64,000 nucleotides of DNA from Eledone cirrhosa (GCA_964016885.1 OZ024755.1:15004001-15068000), one strand, 5' to 3'; positions 42,911-59,958 are shown, counted from the stretch's first letter. A program made the numbers and translations. Notes: generated by a model not told the origin, from the letters alone.

Positions 42911-43000
<90 letters not shown>

Positions 43001-43198
43001 TGTGTGTGTGTGTGTATGTGTGTGCGTGCGTGCGTGCGTGCGTGCGTGTGTGTGTATAACCGCGTGGGTAGTACGACTCTCAATAAAATTACAGATATAT
43101 GTATCTGCACACACACATATATATATATATATATACATACATATATATATATACATGCGCCCACACATACACACATATATATATATACATACACATAC

Positions 43199-43237
<39 letters not shown>

Positions 43238-43806
43238 GTTTCTATATCTTATTCCATTCTACCATTCTACTTTATATTATTATTACTATTATTATTTCTT
43301 ATATTCTATTATTTTCTTTTTCAAACGTGTCATCAAAGAAGAACACGAAATCATCGTAAACATATTTTTTTTCTTCGTCTGAAGTAGGTTGCCTGAATCT
43401 ACATTAAAGATAGTGAATATCAACAACCTCAACTAATTAAGATAACAAAATGGCCGTGAAATCAGTAAATCTCAACACCCCGGAAAATCAATCTGTCTCT
43501 TGCAAATATTCATTATGATGAGATATTTCCAAAACGAAATTTTTCTTCCACGCTTGATTTAACAATTTGTAATCAATTTTTTTTTTAAGTCGGAAACCAT
43601 AACAGTCCGCCAGTAATAATTGAAATTGAAAGTGCCATAATACGAAAAATATCTTCATTAATAGTCGATATTCGAAGCTTCACGCATGCGTAATATATAC
43701 ACGTACCGTGTGGCTTTCTAGCCACTTATAAATATATACATACAGATATACATATATATGTACATTCATTCCACACACAAACACATATATGAAGATATAG
43801 ATTAGC

Positions 43807-45185
<1,379 letters not shown>

Positions 45186-45469
45186 CCGTCTAAGCACTTG
45201 TGAGTGTATAATTAATATTTACTTTCCTGCTTTTGGATAATCAAGATAAACATCAGAAATAGAGCAGAATATTTCAATAATAGTAACGTTTCTATAGTTA
45301 AGAGACTAATTTGCTGATAAGCTCAAATGAAAACATTTCCCTTCTTTAACTCTGATGTAAATGATAAAGAAATACACTACGTTCGTCTCTAATATAACGC
45401 AACGTATGCCATATATAAGGCAGATAATTGTCAGAGTCGGTAGGGCATAGAATGCTTCGCTGCTCAGTA

Positions 45470-45752
45470 TGTCTGTTTCCCTCTCTGTCTATTCTCTCTC
45501 ATCCCACACCCTCACCTCTCTCTCACCTGCTGCTCTCTTTTCGTTCCCCTCTCTCTCCTCTAGCACTCTGTCTCCTCGCTCTCTACCAACGCTCTCTCCA
45601 TTCTCTTCTCCCACGCTCTCACCACTCTTTCTCTCCCATGCTCTCTTATATCTCTCTTCTCACGATCTCTCATCTTTCACCCCTCCTCCCTCTTTCTCCT
45701 TCAACTCTCTCCCCTCTCACTCCCTCTTATCCCACTCTCACCTCTATCACCC
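45470..45752. repeat. CT-rich low-complexity tract
   Basis: Direct reading. Confidence 0.85.
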
Positions 45753-46221
45753 AAAATATTAGTTCTGTTCAGACTGGAGAGTGAAGGCTTCCGCTAGAGC
45801 AAAAGCCGAAGACACACTCTATACACGAGTGTAAACCTACGACTCAACCAGAAACTCTGTAGACATCTTTAATTCATTTACACTAAAATTTTTACAACTC
45901 TTTTACAAACATTTATGTTTTCTTCGCTATTATATATATTGCCGTTAATATTATTCTTATCGTTACTGTTATCATTTTCGTTATCGACACCATCAGCTGT
46001 ATAATCCTCATGAACATAACATTGTGATCTTTATCATTAACATCGTCATTAATATTATTATCATCATTAACAGCAACACCATGTCTTCCGTGTACGTATC
46101 GTCAACTCGACGTCGATATCGCCCACCCTCATCGTCACCGCAGGTGAAATACCGAGGCCAATATAATCATCTATTCATAATTACCTCAATGTGTGCCATG
46201 AATTTTAAGTAATATATTAAT

Positions 46222-46409
46222 ATGGTGGATTGGCAGTATCGGTAGAGGGTCGGACGCCATGCGTTCCAGTATAGTTACGTCCCTTTACGATCTGAGTTCA
46301 AATCCCGCCGAGGTTGACTTTGCCTTTCATCCTTAGAAGGTCGATAAAATAAAGTACCAGCAATGCACTGGGTAATTGCTGGCATTGTGCCTAAAGTAGA
46401 AACAATTAT
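46222..46409 (+). mobile_element. SINE family S, full length
   Basis: TGGCAGTATCGG; GAGTTCAAATCCCGCCGAGGTTGACTTTGCCTTTCATCC..GGTCGATAAAATAAAGTACCAG. Confidence 0.9.
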
Positions 46410-46450
46410 TATTCGTACCTTGTAGACAATAAACAAATTATTATTTTTAT

Positions 46451-46647
46451 TTGGATTGGCAGAGTCGGTTGAGCGTCGGACAATATTTTTTGTGGTAAAG
46501 AGTTGCGGCCCTTTACGCTCTGAGTTTAGCTTTGCCTTTTATCCTTACTAAGTCGATCAAATAAAATACCAGTCACGCACTGATGTCAATTTAATCGACT
46601 TTGCCATCCCTCAAAAATGTCTGGTCTTGTGCCTAAATCTGAAACGA

Positions 46648-46648
<1 letters not shown>
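46451..46648 (+). mobile_element. SINE family S, tandem second copy
   Basis: Same blocks with an internal deletion. Confidence 0.85.
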
Positions 46649-46693
<45 letters not shown>

Positions 46694-46697
<4 letters not shown>

Positions 46698-46792
46698 ATA
46701 ATAATACATTTGAAGACTAAAATCCAAAGAGGACTCGATAAGGGTGAAAGCGGCGATTCTTTGCTTAAACTTTAATCTGTTATTTTAATAAA
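46694..46792. mobile_element. Family B inverted/deleted copy
   Basis: Inverted tail joined to GGGTGAAAGC via TAAGG microhomology. Confidence 0.8.
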
Positions 46793-49040
46793 TATATATA
46801 TACCTTAGCCTTTTAAATATTATAAATAAAAACCAGATTAGATTTATTTCACTGCGGTCTCAGTACACCAACCATTATTTTCTTACGATATTTCAATCTT
46901 TCAAGCAATGTAGATTTCTTTAGTTGGCTATATAATATTGAAATTTCTTATTATATTTATGAAGTACAATGAAAGAGATTGAACGTAATTGTTGATTTAT
47001 TTGATTCTGTAACTTAGAGGGCAAATTGTATTGATATTTCTAAGACAAGATTTATCACTTCATAACATAATTTAGCAATTCAGCCATTGGACGGGAAGAG
47101 AAAAATCTTGATGGGCCACTGTATTGATGTTGAAACTATTAAGTTACTCGATGATGTGCTTTTGTTAACGGGAATCCCTTCTAAATGATTTAACGTAACG
47201 TTTTTCGATAGATTCACAACGAAATATATGTAATTAACGTTGATCCACTCACGAAGCATCGGGCACAATTGAAAATTAGAAAACATTTTTGCCTCTGAAA
47301 GCCGATATAATGCAGACAAATAAGAGACGGATATATCGGGGGGTGAAATACTCCTGGAGACGGAAATAAGCGGACATGCCTGCTTTATTTATGAGTCTCC
47401 TGCTATATTCTATTTATCTATAGTTTGTCTGTATTGTGGTGGCCTTCCACATAGCATATATGTTTTGCAATATATTACATTTTGATAAATAATATGCACA
47501 ACAAGCTGTCAATAGTGACATAATGAACCAGCCCATGAATGGTTGGTTCCCCCTGTTTCTTCCCCTGTTTCTTCACGCTGTATCACCGGCGTGCAGAACA
47601 TTGGGCATATGCCGCATGATAGTCCCAGCTGACTAAATCAAACAACGTTACCTCGGAGGATAGTAGGGAATCGTTCTAGATCGCAGGGCTTATTCTTGCT
47701 GGCAGGTGCTAAATTCCGCCACACTAGCAGTGTATTTTCTCTTTTAGTTCCAGCTACTTAGTAAGAAATTTTCGAACTATCATTGGTTGTTTTAAATATT
47801 TTATTCTAAACTAAATGTAACGACGTTATCATTTTACAGCCATTCATCTGCCATTTCGATATGAAGTACTACAAAGATTTCATTTCTCTAAATTCTGTTT
47901 CTTCTATTTTTCCTTTTAACTTGTCCTTGATTTTCTACATTTTCTTCTTCGCCATCTTATTTGTTTTTTCTCTATCTACTTCATTTTTTTCATTCGTTTT
48001 CTTAAGACGGGAATGCATTACTAGTCTCTCTGCACTGAAAATGCAAATATATTGAAACCTAATCAACTGCGTATTTAGAGGTTATTGAATATTAGATGTA
48101 GATGAAAAAATATATCACATTTTTTTGTAATAACTTGAAAAACTTTTCTTCCTATTCTTCGCTCTCATATGTAAGAGAAATATTACAAAGCCCAAATTCT
48201 AAATTGCTTATGGTTAATTTAAGTTTTACTTCCATCGTAACCTGCAGTGCAGTAAGTACAAACAGTATTTTACGAAATATTTTAAAGCCGATGTATAGAA
48301 TCTTTTACTGTTCTTTTCGGAACATTGTAATTACTTTAATTTTGTTGGTATTAAAAACGTAGGAGAAAACAGTTTTTCATTGTGATGCCTTTGAAAGTGA
48401 GGAATTTGAGGAAAAAATTAATGATCGAATTTCTAGAATTGCTGTATATTCTTTCAACTAGAAGATGGTCATGTCGTTGTTATTATATCTGTGCTTACTC
48501 GGATATTTTTCTTAACGAAGATGATAGAGGTGTTAAAATAGTTTCAAATTATATTATACTCTTGGTATGTTTTTATGGTATTTAAATATACATTTATGTA
48601 TGGGAAGATATAAAGAAAAACCATTAACACCTGATAGCACAAACAATTATTTTCTTCTCCCATTTATGTGTCTCTTCTATCGTAATGATATACAGGGTGG
48701 TTGAATCGATTATCCGCTCTGAGAAACCTTGGCTAAACAAGGTCGTTATACTCAATAATAACACAAGTTTTAACTTTATGAAGAGGACTGCATCATAGAC
48801 ACATAAATACCCTTCTCCATAAATGTGCATCCCTTCTCTCTTATTTTATCAGCTTATTTCATTCTAGTATTCCACCACCATTAAATCGTATTCTAACAAT
48901 ATTCCACCAATATAGAATATTGAAAGAAATATGTTATATTTAGTATGTACAATGCATGTTTCAATGTAGAGCGGAGGGCCATACCACGATACATAAGAGG
49001 TATTTGTTCATCAATCAGGAGTTTAGATATTATTTGAAGT

Positions 49041-49102
49041 GTCATTACATACATGAGATAACTCATTACATACATGAGAATTACATACATGAGATAACTC
49101 CA
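49041..49102. repeat. Short tandem repeat, about 3x (CATTACATACATGAGATAACT)
   Basis: Direct reading. Confidence 0.8.
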
Positions 49103-49462
49103 TACAACGGATGAGGTTCATAACGTACCAATTAATACATTGCATAGCACAAGCGCAACCAAAGCAAAGCAGAAGCAGTATATCAAAAACAGTATATCAA
49201 AATGTTGTACTTATGCACCTCCATACATAATGTAGAATAAAGATATGTTTTAAGTATAGCTTGGTTCTTCTCTCTATTAATACGTTTTGAGTTCTGCAGC
49301 CCGTATCCTAACAGTCTACAACATAATCTCCAACAGTTGGAAACATTCTTAGCCGATTTCCAATTACTGCTGTATCAAGGAAATTGAATGGCATCGAGCT
49401 CCACTCATCTTTACAAGGATCTATATTAGAAAACATAATATCACAATAAATATACTACATAC

Positions 49463-49521
<59 letters not shown>

Positions 49522-49527
49522 CATATA

Positions 49528-49731
49528 CAGGAAAAGAGTCAGGACCCCACGGCTAAGCTCCGGCCGTTTCGACAGGTAGATCCGAACTGAGTTCGGATCT
49601 AGCTGTCGAAACGGGCGGAGCTCAGCCGTCGGGGTCCCGACTCTTTTACTATTACCTACCCTACTACTCTAAGTATTGAGTAATCCCGTGCGTTATGGAC
49701 CAACTGGTGTCTTACCACACCCTTTCTGTTT
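49528..49731 (+). mobile_element. Family A copy 5 (variant subfamily)
   Basis: Fold-back centred on GAACT-G-AGTTC (49589); shared tail. Confidence 0.85.
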
Positions 49732-49742
49732 ATATATATATA

Positions 49743-49922
49743 TTAAAACAACAGATTGAAGTTTAAGCAAAGAATCGCTGTTTTCACTCTTAACGGGATC
49801 TTCAGAAGATCCTGTTAAGGGTGAAAGCAGCGATTCTTTTCTTAAACGTTAATCTGTTATTTAAAAAAATATTTATCATTATCGAGCCCTCTTTGGATTT
49901 TAGTCTTCCCAATTATTATTAT

Positions 49923-49927
<5 letters not shown>
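49743..49927 (+). mobile_element. Family B complete fold-back plus tail
   Basis: About 60-bp arms centred on GATCTTC-A-GAAGATC (49804), then the tail to ATTATTACTA. Confidence 0.85.
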
Positions 49928-49981
<54 letters not shown>

Positions 49982-50689
49982 AACATTTACACATATATAG
50001 AGAGATGGAAATTCAGAGGTAGAGGTTGAAAAAATATAAATAAATTGAGAGAATGTGAAAGTAGTGATACATTGACAGATTACTTATACATATCTATCCA
50101 TCCAACAATATATTCACCCATAGATCCTTTCATATATTCGCAGATACATTCATATTCTAAGCGGAATGAATGCAAATAATCAATATGAAAATTAATCAAG
50201 GAAACTTTGGGTATAGCCAAAAAATCAATACTAAACCTACACCATTCTAGACCCTGGAGGAAAGCTTGAAATTCGCTTCTCCTTTATCTCTCCTATTATA
50301 CTTCAAATTAACAATAGCGGAAAATATTTTTATCAGAAGGGTTTATTTTTGTTCACGTAAGAAAAATAAACATCTTATAGATAATAAGTGTAGTTGTATT
50401 ATTACAGTTAATAATATTAATATTATTGTTAAAATATAAGAATCATCATCATCATTATTATTATTATTATTCATGTTGTTATTATAAAAGTAGTATATGC
50501 AAGAACTTGTCTTAGTAGGAGTCATATTGCATGATAGGCATAAACAATTGTTTATAATGATGACGATAATGGTCATGATGATACTGGTGGTGATGATTAT
50601 GGTCATGATGATGATGATGATAATGCAGCAGAACATCCAGGGTGAGATACTTGGAAGGAAAGATGGATGTCCCAGCACTTGACTTATAT

Positions 50690-50762
50690 TACCTTTACGA
50701 AGCACGAAAGAATAAAAGGCAAAATAGATATCGCCGGAATTTGAATTCATAGCACGGAGACG
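50690..50762 (-). mobile_element. SINE family S fragment
   Basis: GAATAAAAGGCAAAATAGA..CGCCGGAATTTGAATTCA. Confidence 0.55.
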
Positions 50763-51401
50763 TGGAAGAAGTATGTACGACTATAATGACTCTGGCAACT
50801 CTACTTACTTGTTTAAGGCAAGAGAGGTAAAAGAGCCAGAGGAAGACGGTGAAAAAAGACAAAGCTGTGATGACAGTTGTGAAAACCTGAAATCTGCTGC
50901 TGTTCGAAAGACGAAGTGATACCTCATGAATTAAATGACGCTTTTGTTGTGCGATGAATGAAATCACCCTATACTCATCACCAAATACTGAATATGACCG
51001 GAGTACAAAAGACACACCAAACGATAGAATGTCTATAAGATTAATATTGCGGTAGAACCAGGTTTCGTTGCTCAACATGCTGACGGTCAAAAATGACTAA
51101 CTTATCGCCCGCTTTTAGATAAGTTTATCATTGAAATTAAAGCGGAGGAAATTCTGAATTCCTCGATCTCCAAACCACCTGCCTACACATTGCTCTCCGG
51201 ACGGAGTTGCTCACTCGCCATACTGTGGCTTGAGGGTTGGAATGATTATGATTCTTACAACATATCCCTCTGTGGTTAAGCCTTTTCAATGCTGACGGCT
51301 GGGTCCATTAAGCAATATCTATCTGAGATTTTGCAAGAACGGCAGAATGATCGAAAGAAGTGGCAACATTTCATTGCATGGTTCGTGCCGCTACCATTAG
51401 C

Positions 51402-51457
51402 CACATACATACATACATACATACATACATACATACATACATACATACATACATACA

Positions 51458-51486
<29 letters not shown>
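51402..51486. repeat. (CATA)n microsatellite
   Basis: Direct reading. Confidence 0.95.
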
Positions 51487-51490
<4 letters not shown>

Positions 51491-53784
51491 GCATGCATAT
51501 ATACATAGACAGTACTGTCGTCCCGGTGTGTTTGTTTGTTTGATCTTGAAACGTTTCATAAACTCTGCGATAAACTTTGATAATAGTAGAACATGGAAAA
51601 TAATGAAGGCATTTATAAAGTTGAAAATGTCACTGACAAAAAACAAACAAATGCTGAAGCAGGTCTATCCGGAAGACCTGGGTTCTACTTTGTTTGGTCG
51701 CACGAAAAGAATGCTGACACGCTCTTCCAGTCGCACGAAAATGCAGTATGAACAGAAGCAGGCAGGTTTTGGTGTGTTTGAAAGTTACACAAAATTCTCA
51801 TTTATGTACATTTATATATAGAGATTTATTATTTATTTATTTATTTATTTATTGTCTGTTTGTTTGTTTGTTTCTTGCAGTTGAGTGATCATTATATGAT
51901 ATTTTTGTTATGCATAAAAAAGATGAAAGTTATCTGTATATTTCTATTGATTTATGACTACATTTGAGGACATGCATGGCCAGTGCTATCGTAGTCTTTT
52001 TTCTCCATAGTAGCCAGATCAGTACATATTTGTGTCTGCTATCTATTTTATTGATTGCATTATTTACCACTTTGACATAACACCAGTTTTCTGTTAAATA
52101 CATGAACACTTACGTGGGCAAGATGGCATCAAAGAGAGTAAAGAAATGAGACCATACAAAAGAAGAATTACAAATGATGCTAAACAATTTTAACAGGATT
52201 GAGCTTCCAATGTAATATGTTGAATATAGTGAGTCAAGATATCTGGTCATTTCCGAAATGTAAATATTAATGTAAAGGAACGGGGACAATATTATTGTCG
52301 CTGTGTGGTGATGACCTCTTGCCATGCAAGATAACTGACTACGATAATATTGTTATATAAACATATGCATGTACACAAACAGAATCGATAAATACAACTC
52401 TTATTTCTATACACATTCGGCAATACGTCTCCGAAAGTTTATTCGGAGACATATTCACATGTACAATTCAAATTATTGATATAACCTGTTGCCTAACTGT
52501 CGTAGCTTTCGTCTTTTAAACATCTCCTACATTCGATCATATACTATAATCGTTCTCATGCATTCGTTTTAAACCACATATATCTTAATGTGAAGGCGTG
52601 TTGCTTAATAGTTAGGGCTTTTTTGTTTGACGACCTTAAGGATATGAGTTTGATTTACGGCGGTATGAGTTCTTTATTTCACTTTTCTCCACTCCATTCA
52701 ACGAGAAACATGAGTTCTAGCCCTTATTCAAATTGGCAATGTAAACCATTCCTTTCCATTATATGTTTGATATTCAAACCTTATGAAATAATACACTTTG
52801 TTTTTTGACATTTCCACAGAAGTACACATATTCATATACGCATACAGAAACATGTATTCATTCAATTTATTTCAAATATATATACAGTATAATATATAAA
52901 TAAATATGTATTCGTGAGTTTATTTTTTGACTTGTTTTGTGCTTTGTGTCATATACCTAGATTAAGGTAATACCATGCAGAACTTGCTTGTTATACGACA
53001 CTGCTTATTACAATTAATTATTATCAGTAAGGGGTTTCTTATCGACTATATCAAAACACTAGGAATACGCGGTGATCCTATAATATCTTATACCATGAAT
53101 ATATTTCTTATTGTAATATATATATATGTAAGTTTAGTATTCTCATGGAAAAAGAAAGTTTCTCAGGTTTTCTATTAAGTTGTATTAGTTGGACATATGT
53201 GTATATCAAATAACCAAATACTTGTTTCATGGGTTTGTGTATTAGAAACACTAAACATGGATTAATTAAATAAAAATCATACACTGTTTATAGTGTGAAT
53301 ACAATATTTGTTACAGATAGCGACTGTTTACTTCGAAGCTTTGCCAAAGTTAACGACTTATCAAAGCTGCTTTGATAAACACTTAACTTCAGTGAAACTT
53401 TGCAGTAAACAGACAAATGATTAATAACAAATATTCTATTTTCATTTACTTACATTAAGATGTTTAATAGATCTATGAATTTCCGATTTTCTTCACAAAT
53501 AATACGAAGTGTTTCGCAAATATGACAAAGAGATAAAATCACCGTTTTAGTCTATATATTACGTAGCTTGTACAAATTGATAAAATAAAAAAAATATAGT
53601 ACTTTGCCTAGTAGGAATTTACGTATGTAAGTTAGAAAGCACCACTTAAAACACATTATTTATCCTTAATACTTTTTCTCGAATTTGCACATGGCATTTC
53701 GAGTGTTAAAGCTAGTTCGATATAAGATGTGATTAATTCCTGTTAGTAAAAGTAAACAACGTGTAGGCTGAGTCGGTAGAGCTT

Positions 53785-53890
53785 CTGAAATGAAGTGTTT
53801 TGCACAAGAACATAACGCAGCACCTGATCCAAGAATCAAACCCACAACGTTATGATCGTAAGACCACCTTCTTAACCACTAGGCTACGCA
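53785..53890 (-). mobile_element. tRNA-headed SINE (second group), 5' part
   Basis: TGAAATGAAGTGTTTTGCACAAGAACATAACGC..AATCAAACCCAC..TTAACCACTAGGCTACG. Confidence 0.7.
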
Positions 53891-54485
53891 ACATTAACAC
53901 GTGTATTAACGGTAAAAATAGAGGGAGGAAGTGACGAGTATTTGTCCGAGAGGATGGATAGTGTTCATTAATGAGGTATGTCTTCCAACCTGGATAAAGT
54001 AAATGTCAGTTGTTTCCAACTTTAGATATAATCGTCAATAAACTTCCCCCAAATCATGGAACTACGTTTCTACTAGAAATCACCCTCACATATTTGAAGA
54101 TTATTCTAGTCTATTTGTTGATAATCACGTTAAAGTAAAGCTATTCCACCGCTCAGGAATGTTTTACCCGGCAGTAAATAGTCTATCGCTGTAAAATTCT
54201 CATGTTGATTGGTAGAACTGCAAAATGCATAGGAGTTAGATAATCGTTCCATATCTTCAGCCTATTTAGGAAGATATAATCGCATACATTAAACATACTA
54301 CACATAGAAACACATGACGCAAACAGAAACCTAGTAACACATGCGTGTGTATGTTAAGGTGTTTGTATGTATGTTATTATGTGTAAGCCTTTGTCAATCC
54401 CCTAGGGATAAACTGTAATATCTACTCTAGCATGAGTTGAAATCCTATTAAGGCGCATAGACAGAAACTCAAACTCCCGTACACA

Positions 54486-54551
<66 letters not shown>

Positions 54552-55311
54552 AGTATACAAGTATATGGTTACGCGCACAAACACAAATATATATATATAT
54601 GTGTGTGTAAGCATAATTACGTGTATACACAAATACATATATATATATATATACACACACACATGCATACTATACACATACATGAGCACAATACGTCTAC
54701 GCATAAGTGTATGAAATATGGTGTGTGATCCAATGTGCGTACGCGTGTACTTGCGTGCATGCAAAAAATAAAGGTTTGGTTTTGTTTTTGCATTCCTTTT
54801 GTTTCTTTTTTTACATGTGTATGAATGCATAGGGATGTTATAATTTATTAGGGTAATATGCAGTGGCAAAACCATCTCATTTCTGTTGATTATTTACCGT
54901 TATCAGTACATGATGAAATAAAAGACAACAAATATTACTACCACTACTACTACTACTACTACTAACAATAATAATAATAACAATAATAATAATAATGATA
55001 ATAATGAATAAATATAAATGGCAATGCACAACCATTCAGAAATGCCTGGCACCATGTTATGTTGGTATCGATATCAGTTAATAATTGAATGATTTTCGTT
55101 GCCAGGCACGGTTTCTAGCATCCGATTCTAGAAGCTTCATGCGGCTTTCAGTGAATATTAATCAATATTGATAGTAAGATAAATAAATATGTGTATTAAA
55201 CAAGCCGGCCAATATTAACCAAATATTTTGTCTGGATCACTCTGCACAATATCAGATAGCATTTACATGCGTGTCATCTTGTGAATATTTGTCTGCATGT
55301 ATATTAATCTA

Positions 55312-55685
<374 letters not shown>

Positions 55686-56146
55686 TGTTGTTACGTGTAC
55701 GCATATACATTCATACCATTCGTTAGCTAATTTCCTCTAAAACTCAATTGGCAATATACATTTCCATACTGTCTCACATATACGTGCAGTTGAGCAGTTG
55801 CATCTCAAATAAATAGTATATATATATATAAATGGATATTGGATGGAATGATTGAAAGTATGAATGACTGAATGGATACTTGTAGATATGATGTTCTCTG
55901 TATAGCTATTTTATTACATGTGATATTGAAGCTGAGATCGTGTTATCTACGAGAGGCGATCGGCCATATTTTGACGTCATCACAATTCGATAATACGAGG
56001 CTGAGAATAAATTTATTCCACTACCATTCGTAATAATTGAAGCAACGTTCAAGCCATCATTGATCCACCAGGTTTAATAACAGTCAACAAGCTATCAACG
56101 AGAACGGCGCTTTCGCATAAACACGATGTCTGAGCAAATACCGTGT

Positions 56147-56193
<47 letters not shown>

Positions 56194-56249
56194 GTATGTG
56201 AATGGATAGATGTATACGTATATAAATATATATATATATATCTTTCCTT

Positions 56250-56310
56250 ATATGCTTTTATTTATATATATATATATGCTTTTATATATATATATATATA
56301 TACATATATG

Positions 56311-56349
<39 letters not shown>

Positions 56350-56464
56350 TTTTATATATATATATATATATATGCTTTTATATATATATATATATGTGCT
56401 TTTATATATATATGTGTGCTTTTATATATATATATATATATGCTTTTATATATATATATATATA

Positions 56465-56495
<31 letters not shown>

Positions 56496-56540
56496 GCTTT
56501 TATATATATATATATGATTATATATATATATATATATATG

Positions 56541-56575
<35 letters not shown>

Positions 56576-56639
56576 AAATATAAGTATATATATATTTATA
56601 CATATATACTTATATATACATACATATTAACACACACAA

Positions 56640-56715
<76 letters not shown>

Positions 56716-56720
56716 TATAT
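56250..56720. repeat. TA-based minisatellite (GCTTTT+(AT)n)
   Basis: About 12 units of variable length. Confidence 0.9.
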
Positions 56721-57197
56721 GTTTATACACAAATATATATATTTGCATACGAAATGTTGGCTATTATATTTCTATCTCAATGGGCGCCTTTTTTTTCAGC
56801 AAGGATGTCGGTTGAAATATTTCCTGTCATGTTCATATGTGTATATGTAGTGGCTTACGTGTTATTGAACAATTGTATCTCCATCAATGTAGTAACTGTT
56901 TCAGCAAATTTCAGCATATGCAATTACATAAATATGTATGTGTCCTGAGCTATATTTATTGGCATACATACACACATACAGACATACATAGTCAGACACT
57001 GACACACACACAGAAACTGACACACACATATTATTAGAAGAAAGAGAATGTATTTCATGGGTAGGAGGTATTTTATATTTTCAGTGAATTGGAAGTACAA
57101 TCTCTCCTGAGATAAAACTTGCCATAGTCTCTAAAGAATTATACTTATGTCTTTCTATTTGTCTATCTATTGATCTATCCATCCATATCTCTATATA

Positions 57198-57251
<54 letters not shown>

Positions 57252-58099
57252 GTTTTCATATTACAAATCTCAATGGGAATATTACAAATGTAGTAGCCAT
57301 TATGCAGATAACTATAGTAGATGAATAAATTGAATAAATCGGGGGAAACAAGTGTCCAAAAGCATCAAAAACAACTTCAGTAACAATAAACTGATGTATC
57401 TTCTTCTGTGCTTCAAATATCCTTACTTAAGACCGTGATAGATACATATCCGTGCCCCAGCATGGCCTCAACATGTCGGCTGCAACATGAAATAGTGTAA
57501 TAGAGTAATGCCTACTAACTTAATCATTACTTACATATATCTAATTCAATTGCATTGTGTATGTCAAATATTAAAATGACCTTTACATACACAATTGTTT
57601 TACCAAAAATGCAGGAGTGTTTGATGGTATTAATATAATTCTATGTCGGTGAAATTATTGTTCTCTGAAATTAAATAATTTGTTTCAACAGTAACCAAAC
57701 TTGGACCATATGCAATTTTACATCGTAATTAAAAATAGCATAAATGAATGACCATAACTGTAATATGTAAAATGTTGTGGTGTTAAAGATCAAAATAGAA
57801 GTACAGAATCAATATTACTGCGCATAAAGAGAATATCGATATATAAATATTGCTAAACTGACATTATATAATCAAAGAAATAAGATCATAGAGTAATAAT
57901 GCGATTTACACAGAGTAATAATAAGTATGATATACTTGGACACATTATTGGTCGTTACGAAAACAAAAACAACATACAAACAAAAGAACATGTTATAATA
58001 AATACTGAAGTATTACCCCGAAGGATGTTTCTTTGTGACTGCTATGGGCCTAAAGCAATATAGGGTGAACCAAAAGCATGGCTGCAGGCAAGTAATTCA

Positions 58100-58264
58100 A
58101 ACGGCCCTTTACGTTCTGAGTTCAAATACCGCCGATGTTAGTTTTACCTTTAATCCTTACGGGGCCGATAAAATAAAGTACCAGTAATCACTGAAGGTTA
58201 ATTTAATCGACTTTCCCTGCCTCTTAAAATTGCTGGCCTTGTGCCTAAAGTAGAAACAATTATT
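58100..58264 (+). mobile_element. SINE family S
   Basis: ACGGCCCTTTACGTTCTGAGTTCAAAT..GATAAAATAAAGTACCAG..GGCCTTGTGCCTAAAGTAGAAAC. Confidence 0.85.
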
Positions 58265-59204
58265 AATTGCTCGGGGTAATAGAAGTAAATTTATTTAAAT
58301 TTAAATTTAATCTTTAGAATTTAAATTTTAAATACGCTTTGAAGAAATACGTTGCGAATTCTAAGTTGTTTCTAATTAAGATAGTTAAAATGCTACAGGG
58401 GTTGGGATTACAATTTACAGATATCACATATTATTGTCAGTCTTACAAGCGAGGGATTGTTAAATTCCGAGAGGGGCAGAATGAAGTTATAATGGAATGA
58501 TGATGGAGAATGTTGGTTAGAATGGAGAAAGTTGATGAAAAAGAATAATGAAACGAGGCAACCTGGAAATAGTGGTGATAACGGCAGCAGAGTAAGGACT
58601 ATAGAAAAATGTAGTCAAGGTACGAAATAATGAAAATAACGGGGAGATCCATACAATATAAAAGTAGAAAAAAAACGTGTGTGGAAGATAGACGGAGGAG
58701 GCAAATTTGTTGCTATAGTAAGTAGCAAAAATGAAGCTAAGTGTGTGTACAAGGATAATTGTTACACAGAGAAAGTGAAGGGTGGGTGCTCAGTGATATT
58801 TAGACTGAAATGAATGAATAATCCGGGAGATGGAACAAGATAACACATGTGAGAGAGTGGGGTGGATTGCGGATAAATCAGCTTTAGAACAGCAGATTAA
58901 AGGATAATATTTCTATAAAAACCCATAGAATATTTAAACTTAGGATTAGAAAGTGGGAAATTAGCTTGTATAATTTACCACATAATATAAGCGCAACCAA
59001 TAACATAGCATACTACATTCAAAGGAAACATTATGGTGGCCGGGTTTTCAAGTTTTGAACACATAATTTTCCTCCCAAGGAAAACCTTTGTTATCTTCTT
59101 CAAATAACTTTTGATTAGGAAAGTTAATGTTAAGAGGGATGTGCAGGGATGCCATCCATTGAATGTTATGAAAATGGATTAAATAGGACCATATCGAGGT
59201 GGCT

Positions 59205-59520
59205 ATATGTTGGTAGAATTATTTGGTTGCTTAAACAGTTTTACTCACGATCACAAAGACATGGTTTTGATTTCGTGTGGTGCATTGTCTCATTGTGCAA
59301 GACGGTTTACTTAGTGTTCCACCCGTTCACTCAGCTGGCCAAAATACTTATCTTGTTGCACACTGCGTTACGTTGAATTTCCTTAAGAACAATGTTAAGG
59401 GTATTTTTCTGTGGAAATCTCAGGTACTTTCATGTTAATTTCACGAACATGCTATTCCGTTGTTTGAGCAAATAGAAAACACTTCGTCAGAATTGACAGA
59501 GGTCTAAAATCTAGTCTCTG
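59205..59520 (+). mobile_element. Degenerate tRNA-headed SINE (second group)
   Basis: TGGTT..ACTCACGATCAC..GGTTTTGATT..CCCGTTCACTCAGCTGG. Confidence 0.5.
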
Positions 59521-59744
59521 ACTGTGTTTGAGTTTCACTGAATCCATCTATATGATTTCTAATCCAACTTATGGATACCTTACTAGATTCTTACATTTCT
59601 TTACAGCTACTTTTATTTACTATTACGCATTTACTAATCTATCTGTATTGTTATTGCTGAACTTATAATATTATTTATGCTAAATCTCAGGCACATCTCT
59701 GACATTTCTCGCCTCCCAACGTCTTGGGCTTGGGTATAATATAA

Positions 59745-59958
59745 TTGGATTAGCACTATCGACAGTGTCGGAAAAAGGATTTGTGACATAGAACGTAAAG
59801 GGACGTAACGCTGAGTTGAAATCTCTCCGTGGTTAATCTTTGCCTTTGACTCTGATGGAGTCGATAATATAAAGTACCAGTAACGCACTGGGGGCAATTA
59901 AATTGACTTTCCCTTCCCCTCAAATTGTTGGCCTTGTGCCTAAATCAGAAATCATTAT
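59745..59958 (+). mobile_element. SINE family S
   Basis: CTGAGTTGAAATC..TTTGCCTTT..GTCGATAATATAAAGTACCAG..GGCCTTGTGCCTAAATCAGAAA. Confidence 0.85.

Noticed and set aside
43376-43410. CTGAAGT-AGG(ttg)CCT-GAAT hammerhead-like motif (similar weak case near 6535-6570)
   Set aside because: Core mismatches and no closing stems
46225-46310. tRNA gene
   Set aside because: A/B-box-like motifs belong to SINE heads; no cloverleaf
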